A stretch of 53,257 bases of DNA from contig JAFWWV010000114.1 of the NCBI GenBank assembly GCA_017523305.1, positions 1 through 53,257 of the forward strand, given 5' to 3'. The notes under the pieces were generated by a model that was given only the letters and a program-made list of their open reading frames with translations, was not told the DNA's origin and made no database searches. A program made the position numbers and the translations under genes. Positions 48,401 to 53,257 of this stretch are shown piece after piece. Source of the DNA: Clostridia bacterium. GTDB taxonomy: Bacteria; Bacillota; Clostridia; Christensenellales; UBA1242. Numbering within the stretch: the first letter of the stretch is position 1; each line of letters starts with the position of its first letter.

Positions 48401-49228
48401 GCTGACTTACCATATATGGCAAACGGTCAACCTGTTGATATCGTTCTTAACCCACTTGGTATTCCAAGCCGTATGAACGTAGGCCAAGTATTGGAAGTTC
48501 TTCTTGGTAAAGTAGCAAAAGCTCTTGACTGGAAGGTTGCAGTTCCTGTATTCGACTGCATTAATGAAAAAGAAATTTTCCAATTGTTTAAAGATAACGA
48601 CCTTGAAGAAGATGGTAAAATGGTTCTTTATGATGGAAGAACTGGTGAACCATTTGAAAATAAGGTTACAGTTGGTGTTATGTATATGTTGAAACTTGAC
48701 CACATGGTTGACAGCAAAATGCACGCTCGTTCAACTGGTCCATACTCACTTGTTACTCAACAACCTCTTGGTGGTAAAGCTATGTTTGGTGGACAAAGAT
48801 TTGGTGAGATGGAAGTTTGGGCTCTTGAAGCTTATGGTGTTTCAAGATTATTACAAGAAATGCTTACTGTTAAATCTGACGATATTGTTGGTAGAAATAA
48901 AACTTATGAAGCAATTGTTAAAGGTTTCCCAATTGCTGAACCTGGTATTCCTGAATCATTTAAAGTTATGATTAAAGAATTCCAAAGTTTAGGTCTTGAT
49001 ATTAAGATTTTAACTGAAGAAAACCAAGAAGTTTCAATTAGTGAATTATCTAATGATGAAACAGAAACAACACCTTTTGCTATTAAATCAAAAGATGCTG
49101 TTCAAGATATTGAACTTAACCTTGAAGAAAATACTTCAAGTGATATTGTTCCTGAATCAGAAACTATGGAAGAAGAAAACATCTTTGATAACTTTGATGA
49201 AAATTCTTTATTTGATGATTTTGAATAA
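45500..49228 (+). CDS. rpoB: DNA-directed RNA polymerase subunit beta
   Basis: Conserved motifs NGIERVVVSQ, ETPEG, NMQRQAVP, GDKMAGRHGNKG and GGQRFGEMEVWALEAYG; AAGGAG RBS. Confidence 0.99.
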   Translation: MGQSNPTIKRTKHGKVERVNFSKINEPIDMPYLIAIQKDAYKQFLEKGIAEILEEFSPITDYSGKAEIYFVDYTLDPTSKYSKAECKRKGITYSVALKARVRLVRKEDGEVVEQEVFLGDIPLMTEEGSFIFNGIERVVVSQIVRSPSAYFAKEQDKTGKYLFNGTIIPTRGTWVEVEQNVNDILRVVIDRSSKVTLGVFLKCFGFTSKQIKDTFGNNPLILNTLDKEVQETQEEALIELSKKMRPSEVPSAEATYNFINSLFFTHQYYNLARVGRYKLNKKLSIATRITGQTAYGDIKIGDKVVVKDGEIIDREIAKEIQNAGINEVWLRAKTLRGDFKMDRDQFVGHKVVGNNRVDLSAIFPCDEAELGILEKVHYPTLMKLLKENKTKEDKLQAIRDNAKELMNFQLTMDDIIATISYHLDLNNGIGEIDNIDHLANRRIATVGELMGSAFRSGVNKLAGVIRETLQAQDLTTVNPSSIVNARPINKALKDFLASSQLSQLMDQVNPISELTQKRKISAVGPGGVKKERATAEVRDIHYSHYGRICVIETPEGQGIGLINSLATYAKVNEYGFLLSPLKVVDKKTGTVTNEVVYLMADEEENCCVAQAIEPLTPDGKFVNPRVIVRRKESVIEVPASEVDYVDVSPRQLISAATSLIPFLANDDTARALMGSNMQRQAVPLLTTEAPIIGTGIEHKIAVDSGAMILNQNAGYVSYVSATEIRVKNDDGETDTYYLTKFTKTNQDTCINQKPAVVKNQRVEKGDVLADGFSTKNGELALGKNMTIAYMNWEGYNYEDAILISERLVREDVFTSITLKVEECKARSTKLGDEEITRDIPNLGDDALKNLDENGIVRIGAEVRPGDILVGKVTPKGETELTPEERLLRAIFGEKAREVRDTSLRVQHGRGGIVVDVQIFTRKNKDELEPGVNTMVKVYVAQKRKLSVGDKMAGRHGNKGVVSRVLPVADLPYMANGQPVDIVLNPLGIPSRMNVGQVLEVLLGKVAKALDWKVAVPVFDCINEKEIFQLFKDNDLEEDGKMVLYDGRTGEPFENKVTVGVMYMLKLDHMVDSKMHARSTGPYSLVTQQPLGGKAMFGGQRFGEMEVWALEAYGVSRLLQEMLTVKSDDIVGRNKTYEAIVKGFPIAEPGIPESFKVMIKEFQSLGLDIKILTEENQEVSISELSNDETETTPFAIKSKDAVQDIELNLEENTSSDIVPESETMEEENIFDNFDENSLFDDFE

Positions 49229-49251
49229 TATTAACAAAAAAAACATTTAAC

Positions 49252-49293
49252 CTTAGAAAGAATAGGTAAGTAGTAAAACTTATTCTTTCTAAG
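49252..49293 (+). other. Long stem-loop in the rpoB-rpoC intergenic region
   Basis: CTTAGAAAGAATAGGT / ACTTATTCTTTCTAAG forms a 16-bp stem with one G:U pair and a 10-nt loop. No U-tract follows. Confidence 0.75.
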
Positions 49294-49330
49294 AAAAATT
49301 TATAAAAGGTAAATTTTTAAGGAGATTTTT

Positions 49331-52300
49331 ATGTTTGAACTAAACAATTTTGACTCTATGAAAATTGGTATTGCTTCACCTGAAAAAATTAGGGAATGGA
49401 GTTATGGTGAAGTAACAAAACCAGAAACTATCAACTACAGGACTTTAAAACCTGAGAGAGATGGTCTTTTTTGTGAAAGAATTTTTGGACCAAGAAAGAA
49501 CTGGGAATGTCATTGTGGTAAATATAAAAGAATAAGATACAAAGGTATTATTTGCGACAAGTGTGGTGTTGAAGTAACTCACTCTAAAGTTAGACGTGAA
49601 AGAATGGGACATATTGAACTTGCTGCTCCTGTAAGCCATATTTGGTTCTTTAGGGGTATTCCTTCTCGTATTGGCGTTATTCTTGATATTACTCCAAAAT
49701 CTTTAGAACAAGTTTTATACTATGTTAACTATATAGTTCTTGACCCTAAAAATACTCCTTTTACTTACAAACAAGTTATCTCTGACAAAGAATACCGTGA
49801 TGCTGTTGATCAATTCGGTGAGGGCTCTTTTAAGGCTGGAATGGGTGCTGAAGCTATTAAGCAACTTTTAACTGAAATCGACCTTGAAAAAGACTATGCT
49901 GAACTTAAAGATATTGTTAAAACAGCAAAAGGTCAAAAGAAATTAAAAGCTATTAAACGTTTAGAAATTGTTGACGATTTTATTAAAAGTGGCAATAAAC
50001 CAGAATGGATGATTATGGACGTTGTTCCTGTTATTCCACCAGATTTAAGACCTATGGTTCAATTAGATGGTGGTAGGTTTGCAACAAGTGACTTAAACGA
50101 CTTATATCGTAGAGTTATTAACCGTAACAACCGTCTTAAAAAACTTATTGAACTTGGCGCTCCTGAAGTTATTATCAGAAACGAAAAGAGAATGCTTCAA
50201 GAATCAGTTGACGCTTTAATTGAAAATGGTAAACGTGGTAAAGCTGTTCAAGGTCCTAAATCAAGAGATTTAAAGAGTTTGACTGCAATGCTTCGTGGTA
50301 AACAAGGTCGTTTCCGTCAAAACCTTTTAGGTAAAAGGGTTGACTACTCAGGCCGTTCAGTTATTGTTGTTGGTCCTGAACTTAAAATTTATCAATGTGG
50401 TTTACCAAAAGAAATGGCTTTAGAGCTTTTCAAACCATTTATTATGAAGAAACTTGTTGAAATGAACGAATCTCATAATATCAAAAGCGCTAAACGTGTT
50501 ATTGAAAGAGAAAAACCTATTGTTTGGGATGTTCTTGATGAAGTTATTAAAGACCACCCAGTATTGTTAAACCGTGCTCCTACACTTCACAGACTTGGTA
50601 TTCAAGCTTTCGAACCTGTTCTTTGCGAAGGTAGAGCTATTAGACTTCACCCTCTTGTTTGCGTAGGCTTTAACGCTGACTTCGACGGTGACCAAATGCC
50701 TGTTCACGTTCCACTTTCATTAGAAGCTAGAGCAGAAGCTAGAATGATTATGTTATCTTCAAATAACGTATTAAAACCTTCTGATGGTAAGCCTGTTATG
50801 ACACCTGCTCAAGATATTGTTCTTGGTTGTTATTATATGACAATTGATAAACCAGGTGCTTTAAACGAAGGTATGAACTTTAAAGATGAAGAAGAAGCTA
50901 TTATGGCTTATCAAACAAAGAACGTTGAACTTCAATCAAAAATTACAGTAAGAAGAAGCGCTGAATTTAATGGCGAAATTGTTACTGGTAGAGTAGAAAC
51001 AACAGTTGGTAAAATTTTATTTAACCGTTGTATTCCACAAAATATCGGTTTTGTTGATAGAACTAAAAAAGAAAATGTTTTAAGATATGAAATCGAATCA
51101 ACTGTAGGTAAAAAAGAATTAGGTAACATTGTTTTTGCAACATACAATACACTTGGTTCAACACCAACAGTTATTATGCTTGATAAAGTTAAAGAACTTG
51201 GTTACAAATATTCAACAATTGGTGCTATCACTATCAACGTTTTTGATATGAAAGAACCAGAAAAGAAAAAAGAACTTGTAGCTGAAGCTGAAGCAAGAGT
51301 ATTAGAAAATGAAAAAGCTTATAGACGTGGTCTTATTGCTTTTGACGAAAAAATTTCTAAAAACGTTGCTATTTGGAACGAAACCACAAATAAAGTGGGT
51401 GACGCTGTTATGGATAGCCTTGATGCATTAAACCCAGTTAAAATGATGGCTGTATCTGGTGCTCGTGGTAACAAAGGTCAAATTAACCAATTATGTGGTA
51501 TGCGTGGTGTTATGGCTAGTGCTTCAGGTATTAAAATCGATATTCCTGTTAAATCATGTTTTAGAACAGGTTTAACACCTATTGACTATTTCTTGTCATC
51601 TCGTGGTGGACGTAAAGGTCTTGCTGATACTGCTTTAAAAACAGCTGACTCTGGTTACTTAACAAGAAGACTTGTTGACGTTTCTCAAGAAGTTGTTGTT
51701 AACGAAGAAGACTGCTTTGCAAATCTTGGCGAAAAACCAAAAGGTATGGTTGTAACAGATTTAGTTGAAGATAAGAGAGTTATTGAATCTCTTGAAGATA
51801 GAATTACAGGTAGGGTTACTGTTGAAGATGTTATTAACCCAAATACAAAAGAAGTTATTGTTAAGTCAAACGAAATGATAACTCCTGCTAAAGCAAAAGA
51901 AATTGTTGATTGTGGTATTAAAGCAGTTACAATTAGAACTCTTTTAACATGTAAAGCAAAACATGGTGTTTGTGCAAAATGTTATGGTAGAAACATGGCT
52001 GGTAACCAAATGGTAAATCTTGGTGAATCAGTTGGTATTATTGCTGCTCAAAGTATTGGTGAACCTGGTACACAGCTTACTATGAGAACTTTCCACACTG
52101 GTGGTGTTTCTGCTGAAGCTGATATCACAAAAGGTCTTCCTCGTGTTGAAGAAATTTTTGAAGCAAGAAGACCTAAAGGTGAAGCTATTATTTCTGAAGT
52201 AGCTGGTAAAGTTAAAGTTGAATCTTCAGGCGAAAGATACAAAATTACTGTAGCTTCAAGTGAAGGTGATATTGAATATATGACTCCACCTAAAAACAAA

Positions 52301-52927
52301 ACTGTTCTTGCAGTTAAAACAGGTGATGTTGTTGAAGTTGGTCAACGCTTAACATCTGGTTCTATTTATCCAAACGACATCTTAAGGGTTGTTGGTTTAA
52401 AAGGTGTTCAAGAATACTTACTTAAAGAAGTTCTTGGCGTATATAGATCTCAAGACGTTAGAATTAATGCTAAACACGTTGAAATTATTATTCGTCAAAT
52501 GTTAAGAAAAGTTAAAATTGAAGATCCAGGTGATTCAGAATTATTACCAGGAAATATGTTAGATCTTCAAAGATATGAAGAAATTAACAATGAAATTTTA
52601 ATGAATGGTGGTAAACCTGCTACTGCAAAACGTGTATTACTTGGTATTACTAAAGCATCACTTTCTACAGAATCATTCTTATCAGCTGCATCTTTCCAAG
52701 AAACCTCAAGCGTGTTAACTGAAGCTGCTATTAAAGGTAAAGTTGACCACTTATTAGGATTAAAGGAAAATGTTATGATTGGTAAACCAATTCCTGCTGG
52801 TACTGGTATGAGACAATATCGTGATGTTTACCCAGTTATTTCAAAACAATGGCAAGAAAGACAAGCAGCTAAATTACAAGCTGAAAATGTAGAAACTGCT
52901 GAAGAAGATGAAACAACTGCTGAATAA
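49331..52927 (+). CDS. rpoC: DNA-directed RNA polymerase subunit beta-prime
   Basis: Zinc finger CHCGKY...CDKCGVEV, catalytic NADFDGD and trigger loop [13 protein letters not shown]; AAGGAG RBS. Confidence 0.99.
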   Translation: MFELNNFDSMKIGIASPEKIREWSYGEVTKPETINYRTLKPERDGLFCERIFGPRKNWECHCGKYKRIRYKGIICDKCGVEVTHSKVRRERMGHIELAAPVSHIWFFRGIPSRIGVILDITPKSLEQVLYYVNYIVLDPKNTPFTYKQVISDKEYRDAVDQFGEGSFKAGMGAEAIKQLLTEIDLEKDYAELKDIVKTAKGQKKLKAIKRLEIVDDFIKSGNKPEWMIMDVVPVIPPDLRPMVQLDGGRFATSDLNDLYRRVINRNNRLKKLIELGAPEVIIRNEKRMLQESVDALIENGKRGKAVQGPKSRDLKSLTAMLRGKQGRFRQNLLGKRVDYSGRSVIVVGPELKIYQCGLPKEMALELFKPFIMKKLVEMNESHNIKSAKRVIEREKPIVWDVLDEVIKDHPVLLNRAPTLHRLGIQAFEPVLCEGRAIRLHPLVCVGFNADFDGDQMPVHVPLSLEARAEARMIMLSSNNVLKPSDGKPVMTPAQDIVLGCYYMTIDKPGALNEGMNFKDEEEAIMAYQTKNVELQSKITVRRSAEFNGEIVTGRVETTVGKILFNRCIPQNIGFVDRTKKENVLRYEIESTVGKKELGNIVFATYNTLGSTPTVIMLDKVKELGYKYSTIGAITINVFDMKEPEKKKELVAEAEARVLENEKAYRRGLIAFDEKISKNVAIWNETTNKVGDAVMDSLDALNPVKMMAVSGARGNKGQINQLCGMRGVMASASGIKIDIPVKSCFRTGLTPIDYFLSSRGGRKGLADTALKTADSGYLTRRLVDVSQEVVVNEEDCFANLGEKPKGMVVTDLVEDKRVIESLEDRITGRVTVEDVINPNTKEVIVKSNEMITPAKAKEIVDCGIKAVTIRTLLTCKAKHGVCAKCYGRNMAGNQMVNLGESVGIIAAQSIGEPGTQLTMRTFHTGGVSAEADITKGLPRVEEIFEARRPKGEAIISEVAGKVKVESSGERYKITVASSEGDIEYMTPPKNKTVLAVKTGDVVEVGQRLTSGSIYPNDILRVVGLKGVQEYLLKEVLGVYRSQDVRINAKHVEIIIRQMLRKVKIEDPGDSELLPGNMLDLQRYEEINNEILMNGGKPATAKRVLLGITKASLSTESFLSAASFQETSSVLTEAAIKGKVDHLLGLKENVMIGKPIPAGTGMRQYRDVYPVISKQWQERQAAKLQAENVETAEEDETTAE

Positions 52928-52934
52928 TTAAAAT

Positions 52935-52969
52935 AAAAACTATCCTTTTTAAAAGGGTAGTTTTTTTTT
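52935..52969 (+). terminator. Rho-independent terminator after rpoC
   Basis: AAAAACTATCCTTT / AAAGGGTAGTTTTT inverted repeat (one G:U pair) with a 9-T run. Confidence 0.85.
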
Positions 52970-53257
52970 ATTTTAAATATTATTTTTTTATTAAATTTGT
53001 GTTGGCACGATATTCTAATTTTTAATAACTAAAAAATATAATAGTATAAAAATAATGTAAAAAATAAAAATTAAATAAATTTAAAAGATTGTTAAAAGTG
53101 ACTATTATTTATTTTGTGAAGAATTGTCAATTGTTTTTTAAAAAAAATCTAAAAAAAATTAAAAATATTTTTAAGTAGTAGAAATATATTGTTTTTACTA
53201 CTTTTTTTATTCAAATAATACTTCTCTTAAGAGAAGTTGCGAAATTTTACAACCAAA

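Noticed and set aside
2166-52299. The many 62-110 aa ORFs on the minus strand or in alternative + frames in the ORF track
   Set aside because: All overlap long, well-supported genes, have no recognisable motifs, and read as shadows of the biased sense-strand codons.
53100-53130. Minus-strand TTGACA as an antisense promoter toward rpoC
   Set aside because: No good -10 element at the proper spacing.

Overview
This is an AT-rich chromosomal window from a low-GC, sporulation-gene-carrying member of the Bacillota, most likely Clostridia (inferred from protein content). All credible genes are on the + strand. The order is: 3' end of mfd, an enlarged PrsA-like foldase lipoprotein, an LPG_synthase_TM/YbhN-type membrane protein, ywmB-like, spoIIQ-like M23 peptidase, a stand-alone acpP, spoIIID, two tandem giant lipoprotein genes (7093 aa and 5619 aa; 38,142 bp, about 72% of the window), rpoB and rpoC. 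The best candidate for an undescribed system is the giant pair. They are diverged paralogues with a lipobox, Ig-like (Big_2-type) stalk segments and six GLUG/ZmpB-like beta-helix modules that start at nearly the same residue numbers in both proteins. They have different C-terminal tips and are separated by an intergenic region with nested inverted repeats. The RNA polymerase has a strongly remodelled rifamycin pocket (equivalent to E. coli H526Q, R529K, L533V, N568G) and changes around the bridge helix. No rRNA, tRNA, CRISPR array or mobile element was seen. All domain calls come from motif recognition by eye, not database searches.
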